Positions 1 to 10,899 of a stretch of 64,000 bases of DNA are shown here, piece by piece. The notes under the pieces were generated by a model. That model was not told the DNA's origin and ran no database searches. It saw nothing but the letters and a program-made list of their open reading frames with translations. Position 1 is the first letter of the stretch, and each line of letters begins with the position of its first letter. The translations under genes were made by a program, and so were the position numbers. The DNA comes from an uncultured SAR86 cluster bacterium (GTDB lineage Bacteria > Pseudomonadota > Gammaproteobacteria > Magnimaribacterales > AG-339-G14). Location of the stretch: positions 114,503 through 178,502 of the forward strand of contig CACFWO010000003.1 in assembly GCA_902570035.1 (NCBI GenBank). The letters run 5' to 3'.

Positions 1-3000
1 ACGACTTATATAGAAGGGTGATAAACAGAAACAATAGACTTAAAAGATTAATGGAACTCAATGCTCCTGAAATTATTGTCAGAAATGAAAAAAGAATGCT
101 CCAAGAATCAGTTGACGCTCTTTTAGATAATGGAAGAAGAGGAAGAGCTATAACTGGTTCGAACAAAAGACCTCTCAAATCTTTAGCTGACATGATAAAA
201 GGTAAGCAAGGAAGATTTAGACAAAACCTCTTAGGAAAAAGGGTTGATTATTCTGGCCGTTCAGTGATCGTGGTCGGACCTACCTTAAAATTGCATCAAT
301 GTGGTCTACCTAAAAAAATGGCTCTTGAACTTTTCAAACCATTTGTATTTGGGAAGCTTCAAAATCTTGAGCTAGCAACTACTATCAAAGGTGCAAAGAG
401 AATGGTTGAGAGAGAAGAGCCCGTTGTTTGGGATATTTTAGCCGACGTTATAAAGGAACATCCTATTCTTTTAAATAGAGCTCCAACACTCCATAGATTG
501 GGAATCCAAGCTTTTGAACCATTACTTATTGAAGGTAAAGCCATCCAATTACATCCTCTAGTTTGTAAAGCTTACAACGCAGATTTTGATGGCGATCAAA
601 TGGCTGTTCACGTTCCGCTAACCTTGGAATCTCAACTTGAATGCCGTGCCTTGCTTATGGCTAGTAACAATATTCTTTCACCTTCAAATGGTAGGCCAAT
701 CATAGATCCATCCCAAGATGTTGTGTTAGGAATTTACTACATGACAAGAGAAAAAATTAATGCAAAAGGCGAGGGATCTATATTTGCAGACATTAAAGAG
801 GTGTCCAGAGCTTTTGAATCAGATGCAGTTGAACTTCAAGCAAAAGTTAAAGTAAGAATTAAAAATAATGATGGTCAAAGTGAAATTAAAGATACTACTG
901 TTGGAAGAGCATTACTTTATCAAATCTCTCCAGACGGATTAAATTTTGAACAATTCAATAAGACTCTAACCAGCAAAGGTATTTCCGATCTAATAAATAC
1001 TTGTTATAGAGATTGTGGTTTGAAAGATACTGTAATATTTGCAGATCAACTTATGTATCAAGGTTATGAATATTCTACTAAATCCGGTTCCTCAATATGC
1101 GTTGATGATTGTTTAATCCCAGATGATAAGGCTGAAATTATTGAGAAATCTGAACAAGAGGTAAAAGATATTGAGGCTCAATATTCTTCTGGTTTGGTGA
1201 CCCAAGGAGAAAAATACAACAAGGTAATTGATATTTGGTCTCGTGCTAACGAAAAAGTAGCAAATTCTCTTATGGACACTATTTCTACAGAGAAAGTTAC
1301 CAATAAAGACGGAGAAGAAGTTGATCAAGATTCCTTTAACTCTGTTTACATGTATTTAGATTCTGGCGCAAGAAGTTCACCCGCACAAGTAAGACAGCTT
1401 GCAGGAATGAGAGGCCTCATGGCTAAGCCAGACGGATCAATTATTGAAACTCCTATAACTGCAAATTTCAGAGAAGGGTTAACTGTATTGCAATACTTTA
1501 CTTCCACTCATGGAGCAAGAAAAGGATTGGCAGATACTGCTCTGAAAACCGCTAACTCTGGTTACTTAACTAGAAGATTAGTTGATGTAGCACAAGATTT
1601 AGTGGTCAGAGAAGTTGATTGCGAAACTAAGAGAGGAATTGAAATTAAATCAATTATCGAAGGAGGTGAAACTGTACTTGAGCTTAAAGACAGAGTCTTA
1701 GGTAGAGTCACAGCAAAAGAAGTTTCTTCAGCAGACGGAGCATTTAGGTTGCCTGCAAATACTGTAATTGATGAAGCTATTGCTCAAGAAATAGGAAATC
1801 ACTCTATTGATACAATCTTTGTAAGATCGCCTATAACTTGTGATACAGCCTACGGAATCTGTTCAATGTGTTATGGAAGAGACTTAGGAAGAGGGAATCT
1901 TGTTGATCCTGGAGAAGCTGTAGGAATTGTTGCCGCTCAATCAATAGGTGAGCCTGGCACACAATTAACAATGAGAACTTTTCATATAGGAGGTGCAGCC
2001 TCGAGGTCTTCTGAAGAAGATAAAGTTCAAATCAAATACGACGGTAGTGTCAAATACACAAATCTTAATTCACTTGTAAATAGAGAAAAGAAAAATGTAT
2101 GTATATCAAGATCAGCTGAGATATCGGTATCGGATGAAAATGGTCAGGAGAAAGAAAGATACAAGGTTCCTTATGGAGCTATTATTTCTGTTAATGATGG
2201 AGACCAAGCCAAGGCAGGAGATATTATTGCATCTTGGGATCCACATACGAGACCTATAATTTCTGAAGTTGAAGGTAAAGTTAAATTATCTGATATGGAA
2301 GAAGGTATCACAGTCAAGACAATACAGGATGATTTAACTGGATTGAGTAGCACTCAAGTCTTGGATGTTTCTGAAAGATCCTCATCAGGTAAGGAGCTAA
2401 GTCCATCTGTAAGTATTATGGATGAAAAAGGAAAAGAAGTTACTTTGCCTGGAGGAAAGCACGCTGCTGTATATTCTCTCGAAGGTAACTCTATTCTTGG
2501 CTTGACAAATAATTCAAAAATAAAAGTTGGTGATGTCATTGCTCGTATTCCTAAAGAATCATCTAAAACTAGAGATATTACTGGTGGTTTACCAAGAGTT
2601 GCAGATTTATTTGAAGCCAGAAAACCGAAAGAGGAAGCAATTCTAGCTGATATGTCTGGGGTGGTTTCTTGGGGTAAGGAAACCAAAGGAAAAAGAAGGT
2701 TAGTCATAACAAAAATGGATGGTAAGGAGGAAGTAACTTCAGAGACGCTTATTCCTAAAACAAGAAATATTAATGTTTTCGAAGGAGAGATGGTTAGCAA
2801 AGGGGATGTAGTAAGTGATGGACCTTTAAGTCCTCACGACATTCTTGCCCTTAAAGGAGTTGAGGAGCTCACCGATTATGTTGTAAACGAAATACAAGAT
2901 GTTTATAGACTTCAAGGAGTTGAGATATCTGATAAACACATAGAAGTGATTTTGAGACAAATGCTAAGAAAAGTTGAGATTACTGATCCTGGCGATTCTG

Positions 3001-3356
3001 ACTTTATTTTAGGTGAACAGGCGGAACTATCCGCAGTTGCTGAAAAAAATAAAACTCTTTCTGATGATGGAAAAGCTTTAATTGAATTTGACAGAATTCT
3101 TCTTGGAATTACTAAGGCTTCACTTGCAACTGACTCATTTGTATCAGCCGCATCTTTCCAAGAAACAACAAGAGTTCTAACAGAAGCGGCTGTGACAGGC
3201 AAAATCGATAAGCTTAGAGGACTTAAGGAAAATGTAATTATTGGTAAATTAATTCCTGCTGGTACTGGTTTCTATGCTGAAAAAGATGAAATTGAGTCTA
3301 ATTTGGAAATGGAGCTAGCCGAAGCTATGGAAGGAACAGAGATCTCTGAGGAATAA
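1..3356 (+). CDS. rpoC: DNA-directed RNA polymerase subunit beta' (3' ~1110 codons; 5' end upstream of window)
   Basis: Frame is open from the window edge. Translation has beta' hallmarks [15 protein letters not shown], catalytic [14 protein letters not shown], a trigger-loop region with gammaproteobacterial-type insertion, and C-terminal KLIPAGTGF. Confidence 0.98.
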   Translation, partial: DLYRRVINRNNRLKRLMELNAPEIIVRNEKRMLQESVDALLDNGRRGRAITGSNKRPLKSLADMIKGKQGRFRQNLLGKRVDYSGRSVIVVGPTLKLHQCGLPKKMALELFKPFVFGKLQNLELATTIKGAKRMVEREEPVVWDILADVIKEHPILLNRAPTLHRLGIQAFEPLLIEGKAIQLHPLVCKAYNADFDGDQMAVHVPLTLESQLECRALLMASNNILSPSNGRPIIDPSQDVVLGIYYMTREKINAKGEGSIFADIKEVSRAFESDAVELQAKVKVRIKNNDGQSEIKDTTVGRALLYQISPDGLNFEQFNKTLTSKGISDLINTCYRDCGLKDTVIFADQLMYQGYEYSTKSGSSICVDDCLIPDDKAEIIEKSEQEVKDIEAQYSSGLVTQGEKYNKVIDIWSRANEKVANSLMDTISTEKVTNKDGEEVDQDSFNSVYMYLDSGARSSPAQVRQLAGMRGLMAKPDGSIIETPITANFREGLTVLQYFTSTHGARKGLADTALKTANSGYLTRRLVDVAQDLVVREVDCETKRGIEIKSIIEGGETVLELKDRVLGRVTAKEVSSADGAFRLPANTVIDEAIAQEIGNHSIDTIFVRSPITCDTAYGICSMCYGRDLGRGNLVDPGEAVGIVAAQSIGEPGTQLTMRTFHIGGAASRSSEEDKVQIKYDGSVKYTNLNSLVNREKKNVCISRSAEISVSDENGQEKERYKVPYGAIISVNDGDQAKAGDIIASWDPHTRPIISEVEGKVKLSDMEEGITVKTIQDDLTGLSSTQVLDVSERSSSGKELSPSVSIMDEKGKEVTLPGGKHAAVYSLEGNSILGLTNNSKIKVGDVIARIPKESSKTRDITGGLPRVADLFEARKPKEEAILADMSGVVSWGKETKGKRRLVITKMDGKEEVTSETLIPKTRNINVFEGEMVSKGDVVSDGPLSPHDILALKGVEELTDYVVNEIQDVYRLQGVEISDKHIEVILRQMLRKVEITDPGDSDFILGEQAELSAVAEKNKTLSDDGKALIEFDRILLGITKASLATDSFVSAASFQETTRVLTEAAVTGKIDKLRGLKENVIIGKLIPAGTGFYAEKDEIESNLEMELAEAMEGTEISEE

Positions 3357-3367
3357 TTAAATAATGT

Positions 3368-3396
3368 TTGACCTAGGCTATCTTCATATCTAAAAT
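3368..3396 (+). promoter_or_regulatory. candidate sigma70 promoter of the str operon (TTGACC-17 nt-TAAAAT)
   Basis: -35 TTGACC at 3368-3373, exact 17-nt spacer, -10 TAAAAT at 3391-3396. Only 11 nt separate the -10 from the rpsL ATG at 3408. Confidence 0.55.
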
Positions 3397-3407
3397 CGCA
3401 CACCAAA

Positions 3408-3779
3408 ATGGCTACTGTTAATCAATTAATAAAAAAACCGAGAAAGAGCAAATCTGCAAAGTCGGATGTTCCAGCTTTAAATAGATGTCCACAAAGGAGG
3501 GGCGTCTGCACTCGTGTTTATACTACGACTCCAAAGAAGCCTAATTCAGCTCTTAGAAAAGTTTGTAAAGTCAGATTGACATCAGGTTACGAAGTTATTT
3601 CTTATATTGGTGGAGAAGGTCACAACTTGCAAGAGCACTCTGTTGTTCTTCTAAGAGGCGGAAGAGTAAAAGACTTGCCCGGTGTTAGATACCATACCGT
3701 CAGAGGTACTCTTGATACTTCGGGAGTTGATGACAGAAAGCAAAGAAGATCTAAATACGGATCCAAAAAACCTAAATAA
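3408..3779 (+). CDS. rpsL: 30S ribosomal protein S12
   Basis: 123 aa. [12 protein letters not shown]...[11 protein letters not shown]...[14 protein letters not shown] is near-identical to enterobacterial S12 over the full length. Confidence 0.98.
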   Translation: MATVNQLIKKPRKSKSAKSDVPALNRCPQRRGVCTRVYTTTPKKPNSALRKVCKVRLTSGYEVISYIGGEGHNLQEHSVVLLRGGRVKDLPGVRYHTVRGTLDTSGVDDRKQRRSKYGSKKPK

Positions 3780-3788
3780 TTCAAAAAT

Positions 3789-4259
3789 ATGCCAAGAAAA
3801 GGTCCAGTTCCTAAAAGAGACATACTTGCTGATCCAAAATTTAACAGCATTAAAGTTGCAAAGTTTATTAATCAGATTATGCAACGCGGAAAAAAAAGTG
3901 TTGCTGAGAAAATATTGTACTCTGCTTTAGATCAAATCTCTGCAAAATCTAAACAAGATCCTTTAAAAGTATTTGACGATGCTTTAGACCAGGTTGCTCC
4001 TCAAGTTGAAGTTAAATCCAGAAGAGTAGGTGGGGCGACTTATCAAGTTCCAATAGAAGTAAAGTCTTCCAGAAAAATGGCTCTTGCAATGAGATGGTTA
4101 GTGACCAGTGCGAAAAAAAGATCAGAAAAGAAAATGGCTGACAAGTTAGCTAACGAATTACTAGAAGCGTCAGACGGCAGGGGAGAAGCAGTCAAAAAAA
4201 GACAAGATACCCACAAAATGGCTGATGCAAATAAGGCATTTTCACATTTCAGATTTTAA
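3789..4259 (+). CDS. rpsG: 30S ribosomal protein S7
   Basis: 156 aa. [18 protein letters not shown]... N-terminus and ...[11 protein letters not shown]-terminus match S7. Starts 9 nt after rpsL. Confidence 0.97.
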   Translation: MPRKGPVPKRDILADPKFNSIKVAKFINQIMQRGKKSVAEKILYSALDQISAKSKQDPLKVFDDALDQVAPQVEVKSRRVGGATYQVPIEVKSSRKMALAMRWLVTSAKKRSEKKMADKLANELLEASDGRGEAVKKRQDTHKMADANKAFSHFRF

Positions 4260-4280
4260 TAATATAAACATAATTTAAAT

Positions 4281-6398
4281 ATGAGCGGCAGAAAAGTTCC
4301 ACTTAAACTATATAGAAACATCGGTATTTGTGCCCACGTAGATGCTGGAAAAACAACAACTACAGAAAGGGTTCTATATTACACAGGTATTTCTCACAAA
4401 ATCGGAGAAGTCCATGATGGTGCTGCAACTATGGATTGGATGGAGCAGGAGCAAGAAAGAGGTATTACCATAACATCAGCTGCCACAACTTGCTTCTGGA
4501 AGGGAATGAAACAACAATTTGATGAACACCGAGTCAATATTATTGATACACCTGGCCACGTAGATTTTACTATTGAAGTTGAAAGATCATTGAGAGTATT
4601 GGATGGAGCAGTTGTTGTTTTCTGCGGCAGCTCAGGTGTTGAACCCCAGTCCGAAACAGTTTGGAGACAAGCAAATCGTTACAAAGTTCCTAGAATTGCA
4701 TTCATCAATAAAATGGATAGAGCTGGAGCAAACTTTCTTAATGTTGTTCAACAAATGAAAGATAGATTAGGTGCCTCACCAGTTCCTATCAACCTTCCAA
4801 TTGGTGCTGAGGATGACTTTGAAGGAATGGTTGATTTAATTTCAATGAAAGCTCTCTATTTTGACCTTGATGATATGGGGAAATCCTATAGGGAAGAAGA
4901 TATTCCTGAATCGATGTTAGCTGAATGTGAAGATTATAGAGAGCAGATGCTTGAATGTGCCGCTGAGGCATCGGAAGATTTAATGGATAAGTATCTCGAA
5001 AATGGAGATCTTTCAGAAGAAGAAATCATCTCAGGGCTGAGACAAAGAACCTTGTCTAATGAAATAGTTTTATGTCTATGTGGTTCAGCATTTAAAAACA
5101 AAGGAGTTCAGTGCGTTCTAGATGCGGTAATCAATTATCTGCCATCTCCTGATGAGGTTGAAGCTATTAAAGGTGTTTTGGAAGACGAAGAAACTGAAGA
5201 TCAGAGATCTTCTAACGACGAGGAACCATTCTCAGCTCTTGCTTTCAAGATTGCTACAGATCCATTTGTAGGCACCTTAACCTTTATAAGAGTTTATTCA
5301 GGTGTTTTATCATCTGGAGATTCCGTTTATTCACCATCCCGAAGATCCAAAGAAAGAATTGGTAGGATGTTGCAGATGCACGCTAACAACAGAACAGAGA
5401 TATCTGAAGTAAGGGCAGGCGATATATGTGCAGTAATAGGTTTGAAAGACGTCAGCACAGGAGAAACTCTTTGCGATAGAGATAAGGCTATCATTTTAGA
5501 GAAGATGACATTCCCAGAGCCGGTGATTTCAGTTGCCGTTGAACCAAAAACTAAAACAGATCAGGAAAAAATGTCTACCGCGTTAGGAAGGCTAGCTCAA
5601 GAGGATCCATCTTTTAGAGTGAATAGCGATGAAGAATCAGGTCAAACGATAATATCTGGTATGGGAGAGCTTCACTTAGACGTAATTGTTGACAGAATGA
5701 AACGAGAGTTTGATGTTGAAGCTAATATTGGTAAGCCTCAGGTAGCCTATAGAGAAACTATTAAGCAAATGGTTGAATCTGAAGGAAAGTTTGTAAGACA
5801 ATCGGGTGGTAAAGGGCAATACGGACACGTTTGGATAAAAATTGAACCCTTAGTCCACGAAGAGACGGAAGAAGAAGATAAAGATATCTATGAATTTGTT
5901 AATTCTATAGTTGGTGGAACCATTCCAAGAGAATTTATACCAGCTGTAGACAAGGGCGTCAAAGAACAAATGGAAGCCGGCGTAATTGCTGGTTATCCTT
6001 TAATTGATATAAAAGTAACTCTTTATGATGGTTCTTTCCACGATGTAGATTCAAGTGAGATAGCTTTTAAAGTAGCTGCTTCACAAGCTTTAAAAGATGG
6101 AGCTATGAGAGCTAAACCCGTTCTGCTCGAACCAATTATGAAGTTAGAAGTTGTGACTCCAGAAGAATACATGGGAGATGTCGTAGGAGACTTAAATAGA
6201 AGAAGAGGAATTGTCCAAGGAATGAATGATATACCATCTGGCAAGGCTCTCAATGGAGAAGTTCCACTTGCTGAAATGTTTGGATATGCTACTGATTTAA
6301 GATCTGCAACCCAAGGTAGAGCAACGTTTACTATGGAGCCTCTAAAGTACGCTGAAGTCCCCAATAACGTTGCAGAATCCATCATAAATAAAAGCTAA
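4281..6398 (+). CDS. fusA: translation elongation factor G
   Basis: 705 aa. GTPase motifs [24 protein letters not shown]. Full EF-G length and str-operon position. Confidence 0.98.
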   Translation: MSGRKVPLKLYRNIGICAHVDAGKTTTTERVLYYTGISHKIGEVHDGAATMDWMEQEQERGITITSAATTCFWKGMKQQFDEHRVNIIDTPGHVDFTIEVERSLRVLDGAVVVFCGSSGVEPQSETVWRQANRYKVPRIAFINKMDRAGANFLNVVQQMKDRLGASPVPINLPIGAEDDFEGMVDLISMKALYFDLDDMGKSYREEDIPESMLAECEDYREQMLECAAEASEDLMDKYLENGDLSEEEIISGLRQRTLSNEIVLCLCGSAFKNKGVQCVLDAVINYLPSPDEVEAIKGVLEDEETEDQRSSNDEEPFSALAFKIATDPFVGTLTFIRVYSGVLSSGDSVYSPSRRSKERIGRMLQMHANNRTEISEVRAGDICAVIGLKDVSTGETLCDRDKAIILEKMTFPEPVISVAVEPKTKTDQEKMSTALGRLAQEDPSFRVNSDEESGQTIISGMGELHLDVIVDRMKREFDVEANIGKPQVAYRETIKQMVESEGKFVRQSGGKGQYGHVWIKIEPLVHEETEEEDKDIYEFVNSIVGGTIPREFIPAVDKGVKEQMEAGVIAGYPLIDIKVTLYDGSFHDVDSSEIAFKVAASQALKDGAMRAKPVLLEPIMKLEVVTPEEYMGDVVGDLNRRRGIVQGMNDIPSGKALNGEVPLAEMFGYATDLRSATQGRATFTMEPLKYAEVPNNVAESIINKS

Positions 6399-6406
6399 TA
6401 CGCTTG

Positions 6407-6435
6407 TTGACATCGCATCGATGTCCCAATAGAAT
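6407..6435 (+). promoter_or_regulatory. candidate sigma70 promoter of the S10 operon (TTGACA-17 nt-TAGAAT)
   Basis: Consensus -35 TTGACA at 6407-6412, 17-nt spacer, -10 TAGAAT at 6430-6435. Lies in the 123-nt fusA-rpsJ gap, about 85 nt upstream of rpsJ. Confidence 0.7.
6409..6425. repeat. perfect 7-bp inverted repeat with 3-nt loop (GACATCG-CAT-CGATGTC) inside the S10 promoter spacer
   Basis: Read directly: gacatcgcatcgatgtc. The left arm overlaps the -35 hexamer. Starts 11 nt after the fusA stop codon. Confidence 0.9.
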
Positions 6436-6459
6436 TGCCGCTCGTCCGTGAGATGGATG

Positions 6460-6491
6460 AATTGATTTACGGATAAATCGATTAGTTCTTT
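6460..6491 (+). promoter_or_regulatory. S10-leader hairpin followed by T-rich tract (possible L4-type attenuator)
   Basis: AATTGATTT (6460-6468) pairs with AAATCGATT (6475-6483), giving 9 bp with one G-U and loop ACGGAT. It is followed by TTCTTT (6486-6491). Located in the rpsJ 5' leader. Confidence 0.35.
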
Positions 6492-6521
6492 AACAGATAT
6501 TTATTACTTTTGGAGGTTGGT

Positions 6522-6845
6522 TTGCAAGACCAGAATATTAGAATTCGGCTCAAAGCTTTTGACAATAAATTAATTGATAAATCGGCAAGAGAAATTGTTG
6601 ATACTGTTAAAAGAACTGGCGCGGTTGTTAAAGGACCAATACCAATGCCTGTCAAAAAAAGTCGCACTACTATATTAATCTCGCCGCATAAGGATAAAGA
6701 TGCAAGAGATCAATATGAAATTAGAACCTATAAAAGAGTGATGGATATCATCAAGCCCACTGAAAAAACTGTCGATGCTTTAATGAAGCTTGATCTTTCC
6801 GCTGGGGTTGACGTTCAAATCTCACTAGATGAGTTAAGTAAATAA
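6522..6845 (+). CDS. rpsJ: 30S ribosomal protein S10
   Basis: The track ORF starts at TTG 6510. The homolog-like N-terminus (M)[13 protein letters not shown] begins at in-frame TTG 6522, 5 nt after GGAGG (6512-6516). Either start is non-ATG. Confidence 0.95.
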   Translation: MQDQNIRIRLKAFDNKLIDKSAREIVDTVKRTGAVVKGPIPMPVKKSRTTILISPHKDKDARDQYEIRTYKRVMDIIKPTEKTVDALMKLDLSAGVDVQISLDELSK

Positions 6846-6846
6846 A

Positions 6847-7482
6847 ATGATTGGATTGATAGGCATTAAAGAGGGAATGACCCGGGTTTTCACAGAAGAT
6901 GGAAATTCTGTGCCTGTTACTGTGGTAAAAATCGACTCCAATGTTGTAACCCAAATAAAAAAAATTGATTCAGAAGGTTACTCATCAGTACAAATATCCA
7001 CCGGAACCAAAAAAGAAAAACACCTCACAAAACCCGAAAAAGCCCATCTTAATAAATCAAATACCCCCTCAGCAAAAACAATTAAAGAATTCAGAATCCA
7101 AGAATCAGACTTAGAAAATATCGAACTAGGTCAATCATTGGAATTAAAGATGTTTGAAGAGGGTCAGATAATAGATGTTACCGGAACAACCAAAGGTAAA
7201 GGCTTTGCCGGGACTGTCAAACGTTGGAATTTTGCAACGCAAGATGCAACACATGGAAATTCTTTAGCGCATAGGAAACCTGGATCTATTGGTCAATGTC
7301 AAACTCCAGGAAGGGTTTGGAAAGGAAAAAAAATGGCAGGTCATTTAGGTAACACTCGCCAGACAACCCAAAACTTACAAATACAAAAAATAGATGCGGA
7401 AAATAATCTTATTTTAGTAAAAGGTGCCTTACCTGGAGCAAAAGGCTCGCCTGTCATTATAAAACCAGCAACTAAAAACTAA
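6847..7482 (+). CDS. rplC: 50S ribosomal protein L3
   Basis: 211 aa. MIGLIGIKEGMTRVFTEDG and FAGTVKRWNF motifs. S10-operon order. Confidence 0.97.
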   Translation: MIGLIGIKEGMTRVFTEDGNSVPVTVVKIDSNVVTQIKKIDSEGYSSVQISTGTKKEKHLTKPEKAHLNKSNTPSAKTIKEFRIQESDLENIELGQSLELKMFEEGQIIDVTGTTKGKGFAGTVKRWNFATQDATHGNSLAHRKPGSIGQCQTPGRVWKGKKMAGHLGNTRQTTQNLQIQKIDAENNLILVKGALPGAKGSPVIIKPATKN

Positions 7483-7487
7483 TTACC

Positions 7488-8093
7488 ATGCAGGTATCTT
7501 ATTACAAAGAAAAAACATCAGCAGATTTGCCTGAGACTATATTTGAACAAGATTTTAACAAGGATCTTGTTCATCAATTAGTAAACACTGTAATTTCAAA
7601 TAATCATAGCGGCACTAAGTCTCAAAAAAATAGATCTGATGTCAGCGGGGGTGGGAAAAAACCCTGGAGACAAAAAGGAACCGGTAGAGCAAGAGCTGGA
7701 ACAACTCGTGGACCGATTTGGAGATCAGGTGGTGTTACATTTGCTGCTAGACCACAACTTACAAAGAAAAAAATAAATAAAAAGATGTTCAAAAATGGAA
7801 TTAGATCAATCCTATCCAAATTAGCCAAAGAAGAAAGAATAATCATGGTAAAAGATTTTTCTTTAGATGAACCAAAAACAAAAAAATTGTTAGAATTAAT
7901 CTCTCCATTTGAGACTTCTTCTATAACGATAATTTTAGATGAGATTTCTGAAAATATTCATTTAGCTTCTAGGAATTTACAAAATATTGATATCACTACA
8001 GCTGATCAAATCAATCCAGTAGATTTAATTTCACATGAAAAAATCCTACTCACAGATAAATCTTTGGAAAAAATTATAGGGGCATATTCTTGA
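7488..8093 (+). CDS. rplD: 50S ribosomal protein L4
   Basis: 201 aa. KKPWRQKGTGRARAG motif. S10-operon order. Confidence 0.97.
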   Translation: MQVSYYKEKTSADLPETIFEQDFNKDLVHQLVNTVISNNHSGTKSQKNRSDVSGGGKKPWRQKGTGRARAGTTRGPIWRSGGVTFAARPQLTKKKINKKMFKNGIRSILSKLAKEERIIMVKDFSLDEPKTKKLLELISPFETSSITIILDEISENIHLASRNLQNIDITTADQINPVDLISHEKILLTDKSLEKIIGAYS

Positions 8094-8386
8094 GTCAATT
8101 ACACCCTTTAAAAGTATTAAATTCATCTCATCTTTCTGAGAAAGCTTCTTTAGCTATTCAAAATGCAAATAGTTACGTTTTTAAAGTTTCTTCCTCTGCT
8201 AACAAGCTTCAAGTAAAAAAAGCAATAGAATCTTTATACAAAGTTGAAGTTGAAAAAGTAAATATTGTGAATGTCAAAGGCAAAACAAAAAGAACACTGA
8301 AGAATAAAATTAGAAAAAAAAGTGATTGGAAGAAAGCTTATGTATTTCTTAAGGAAGGCAATCAAATAGATTTATCAATTGAATAA
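8090..8386 (+). CDS. rplW: 50S ribosomal protein L23
   Basis: 98 aa. LSEKAS... and [13 protein letters not shown] match L23. TTG start overlaps the rplD stop (TTGA). Confidence 0.95.
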   Translation: MSQLHPLKVLNSSHLSEKASLAIQNANSYVFKVSSSANKLQVKKAIESLYKVEVEKVNIVNVKGKTKRTLKNKIRKKSDWKKAYVFLKEGNQIDLSIE

Positions 8387-8388
8387 CA

Positions 8389-9213
8389 ATGACTGTAGTT
8401 AGAGCAAAACCAACATCTGCGGGAAGAAGATTTAGAAGCTTCCAAGTAGACCAGAACATTCATAAAGGTAAACCCCATTCTCCTTTATTGGCTACAAAAA
8501 GTAAAAATGGTGGAAGAAACAATAGGGGAAGAATAACAGTAAGACACCAAGGTGGTGGACATAAACAACATTACAGAATCATTGACTTTAAAAGAACAAA
8601 AGACGGTATACCCGCTACTGTAGAAAGAATTGAATACGATCCTAATAGATCAGCTCATATAGCTTTATTATTATATTCAGATGGTGAACGAAGATACATT
8701 ATTGCTCCCTCCGGCCTAAAACAAGGAGATACGGTTCAATCTGGTAACGATGCTCCAATCAAAGTGGGAAATGCTCTAGATCTTAATGCTATTCCTGTTG
8801 GTTCTACTATTCATTGCGTGGAGCTCAAACCAAAAAAAGGCGCTCAAATAGCAAGAAGTGCTGGATCCTACGTTCAATTTGTTGCAAAAGAAGGAAATAC
8901 AGCAACCCTAAGAATGAAAAGCGGCGAGGTAAGAAGAGTCCCTGTTGAATGTAGGGCTGTTCTTGGAACTGTGTCTAATTCTGAGCATTCTTTAAAATCT
9001 ATTGGTAAAGCAGGAGCAAAAAGATGGTTGGGGGTTAGACCCACCGTTAGAGGTGTTGCAATGAATCCTATAGATCACCCTCATGGTGGTGGAGAAGGAA
9101 GAACTTCTGGAGGTAGGCACCCAGTATCACCTTGGGGAGTTCCCACGAAAGGCTACAGAACAAGAAGCAACAAGAGAACAGATAAACAAATCATCAGAAG
9201 AAGGAAGAAATAG
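8389..9213 (+). CDS. rplB: 50S ribosomal protein L2
   Basis: 274 aa. [12 protein letters not shown] and [14 protein letters not shown] motifs. Confidence 0.98.
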   Translation: MTVVRAKPTSAGRRFRSFQVDQNIHKGKPHSPLLATKSKNGGRNNRGRITVRHQGGGHKQHYRIIDFKRTKDGIPATVERIEYDPNRSAHIALLLYSDGERRYIIAPSGLKQGDTVQSGNDAPIKVGNALDLNAIPVGSTIHCVELKPKKGAQIARSAGSYVQFVAKEGNTATLRMKSGEVRRVPVECRAVLGTVSNSEHSLKSIGKAGAKRWLGVRPTVRGVAMNPIDHPHGGGEGRTSGGRHPVSPWGVPTKGYRTRSNKRTDKQIIRRRKK

Positions 9214-9215
9214 AA

Positions 9216-9485
9216 ATGCCACGCTCAATAAAAAAAGGTCCATTTATCGATCATCATCTGATGGATAAAGTCTCAAAAGCTGTTGAGTCTAAAGACAAGA
9301 GACCCATCAAGACATGGTCTAGAAGGTCACTGATCTCTCCAGAAATGGTCGGTTTAACAATCTCCATCCATAACGGCAGGCAACACGTGCCTATATTCAT
9401 TCAAGAAGACATGGTAGGACATAAGTTAGGTGAATTTGTTCCTACCAGAACTTTTAAACAACACTCAGGCGACAGGAAAGCTTAA
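9216..9485 (+). CDS. rpsS: 30S ribosomal protein S19
   Basis: 89 aa. [15 protein letters not shown] and GHKLGEF motifs. Confidence 0.98.
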   Translation: MPRSIKKGPFIDHHLMDKVSKAVESKDKRPIKTWSRRSLISPEMVGLTISIHNGRQHVPIFIQEDMVGHKLGEFVPTRTFKQHSGDRKA

Positions 9486-9817
9486 TGACAGAAGTATCAG
9501 CAAAATTATCTAGATTTAAGTCTTCAGCTTCAAAAATAAGACTATTGGCAGATCAAATTCGTGGCAAAAAAGTTGATGAGGCATTGGATATTCTTACTTT
9601 TAGCCCAAAGTCTGGTTCTAGAAATTTAAAAAAACTTTTGGACTCAGCTATTTCTTCTGCAGAGAATAATTATGGTTTAGATATTGATACTTTGTTTGTT
9701 AGCCACATTTCTGTTGATGAAGCCTTGATTATGAAAAGAATAAGGGCAAGAGCTCGAGGGAGAGCAGATCGTATCGAAAAAAAGTCATGTCATATAAACC
9801 TAAAACTAAGTAATTAA
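9485..9817 (+). CDS. rplV: 50S ribosomal protein L22
   Basis: 110 aa. L22-like sequence and position. Start overlaps the rpsS stop (TAATG). Confidence 0.96.
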   Translation: MTEVSAKLSRFKSSASKIRLLADQIRGKKVDEALDILTFSPKSGSRNLKKLLDSAISSAENNYGLDIDTLFVSHISVDEALIMKRIRARARGRADRIEKKSCHINLKLSN

Positions 9818-9826
9818 GGAGAATAA

Positions 9827-10486
9827 GTGGGACAAAAAGTTAATCCAATTGGAATCAGACTAGGCATCTCCAGAGATCATAACTCTGTGTGGTTTGCTGA
9901 AAAAGATAAATATAGAGAGATTCTTTTTAATGATTTTGAAGTTAGAGAGTTTCTAAAAAAAGAACTTGATAATGCATTTGTTAGCAAAATCCACATAGAA
10001 AGGCCTGCTCAAAGCGCAAAAGTCACAATCCACACTGCAAGGCCTGGAATGATTATCGGTAAACGAGGCGAAGATATCGATCGATTAAGAGAGAAGCTAA
10101 CGCAAATCATGAATGTACCGGTTAGTCTGAATATTCAAGAAATAAGAAAACCCGATCTCGATGCTCAGCTAGTTGCTGCAAACATAGCACTGCAACTTGA
10201 AAAAAGGGCTATGTTTCGAAGGGTTATGAAGAGGGCAGCTCAAAACACCATGCGACAGGGAGCGCTTGGTGTAAAAATCAAAGTTTCAGGTAGATTAGGT
10301 GGAGCCGAGATTGCTAGATCTGAGTGGCATAAAGAAGGGAGAGTGCCTCTTCATACATTAAGAGCAGATGTGGATTACGGCCTGGCAGAAGCTAAAACTA
10401 CTTATGGGATTATTGGTGCGAAGGTATGGATATTTAGAGGCGAATTAATAGATAAAAAAGTCAAAGAAAAGGATAAGGAAAGCTAA
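9827..10486 (+). CDS. rpsC: 30S ribosomal protein S3
   Basis: 219 aa. GTG start preceded by [19 protein letters not shown] and KH-domain [11 protein letters not shown]. Confidence 0.97.
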   Translation: MGQKVNPIGIRLGISRDHNSVWFAEKDKYREILFNDFEVREFLKKELDNAFVSKIHIERPAQSAKVTIHTARPGMIIGKRGEDIDRLREKLTQIMNVPVSLNIQEIRKPDLDAQLVAANIALQLEKRAMFRRVMKRAAQNTMRQGALGVKIKVSGRLGGAEIARSEWHKEGRVPLHTLRADVDYGLAEAKTTYGIIGAKVWIFRGELIDKKVKEKDKES

Positions 10487-10899
10487 TGTTTCAGCCAAAA
10501 AGGACTAAATATAGAAAGCAAATGAAAGGTCGAAATCGAGGCCTTGCACAGAGAGCTAATTCTTTAGATTTCGGTACATTTGGTTTGAAAGCTACGTCAA
10601 GAGGTCAAATTACATCTCGTCAAATTGAGGCTGCAAGAAGAGCAATGACTAGACACGTAAAACGTGGAGCAAAAATCTGGATTAGAATTTTTCCCGATAA
10701 ACCAATTACTAAAAAACCTCTTGAAGTCAGGCAAGGAAAAGGAAAAGGAAACGTAGAATATTGGGTTTCGCCAATTAAACCAGGAAAAATACTTTACGAA
10801 ATGGAGGGTGTTGACGAAGCTTTGGCCAGGGAAGCTTTTTCTCTAGCAGCTGCAAAACTTCCTGTTTCAACCCAATTTATCTCTAGGAAGGTTATCTAA
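10486..10899 (+). CDS. rplP: 50S ribosomal protein L16
   Basis: 137 aa. [20 protein letters not shown]-terminus. Confidence 0.98.
   Translation: MFQPKRTKYRKQMKGRNRGLAQRANSLDFGTFGLKATSRGQITSRQIEAARRAMTRHVKRGAKIWIRIFPDKPITKKPLEVRQGKGKGNVEYWVSPIKPGKILYEMEGVDEALAREAFSLAAAKLPVSTQFISRKVI

Noticed and set aside
2354-2800. Long antisense ORFs inside essential genes: 148 aa in rpoC. Also 6023-6385 in fusA, 16823-17188 across rpsM/rpsK, 41106-41456 in cdsA and 53913-54254 in dnaE.
   Set aside because: All lie entirely within strongly conserved genes on the opposite strand. They have low-complexity S/L/F-rich translations with no recognisable motifs, starts or SDs. This is the expected by-product of codon-complement frames, so they are not reported as genes.
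3682-3930. Alternative-frame plus-strand ORFs overlapping r-protein genes (3682-3930 over rpsL/rpsG, 9083-9268 over rplB/rpsS, 13934-14131 within rplR).
   Set aside because: They are out of frame within highly conserved genes and have K/E/L-rich low-complexity products with no independent signals. Treated as spurious.
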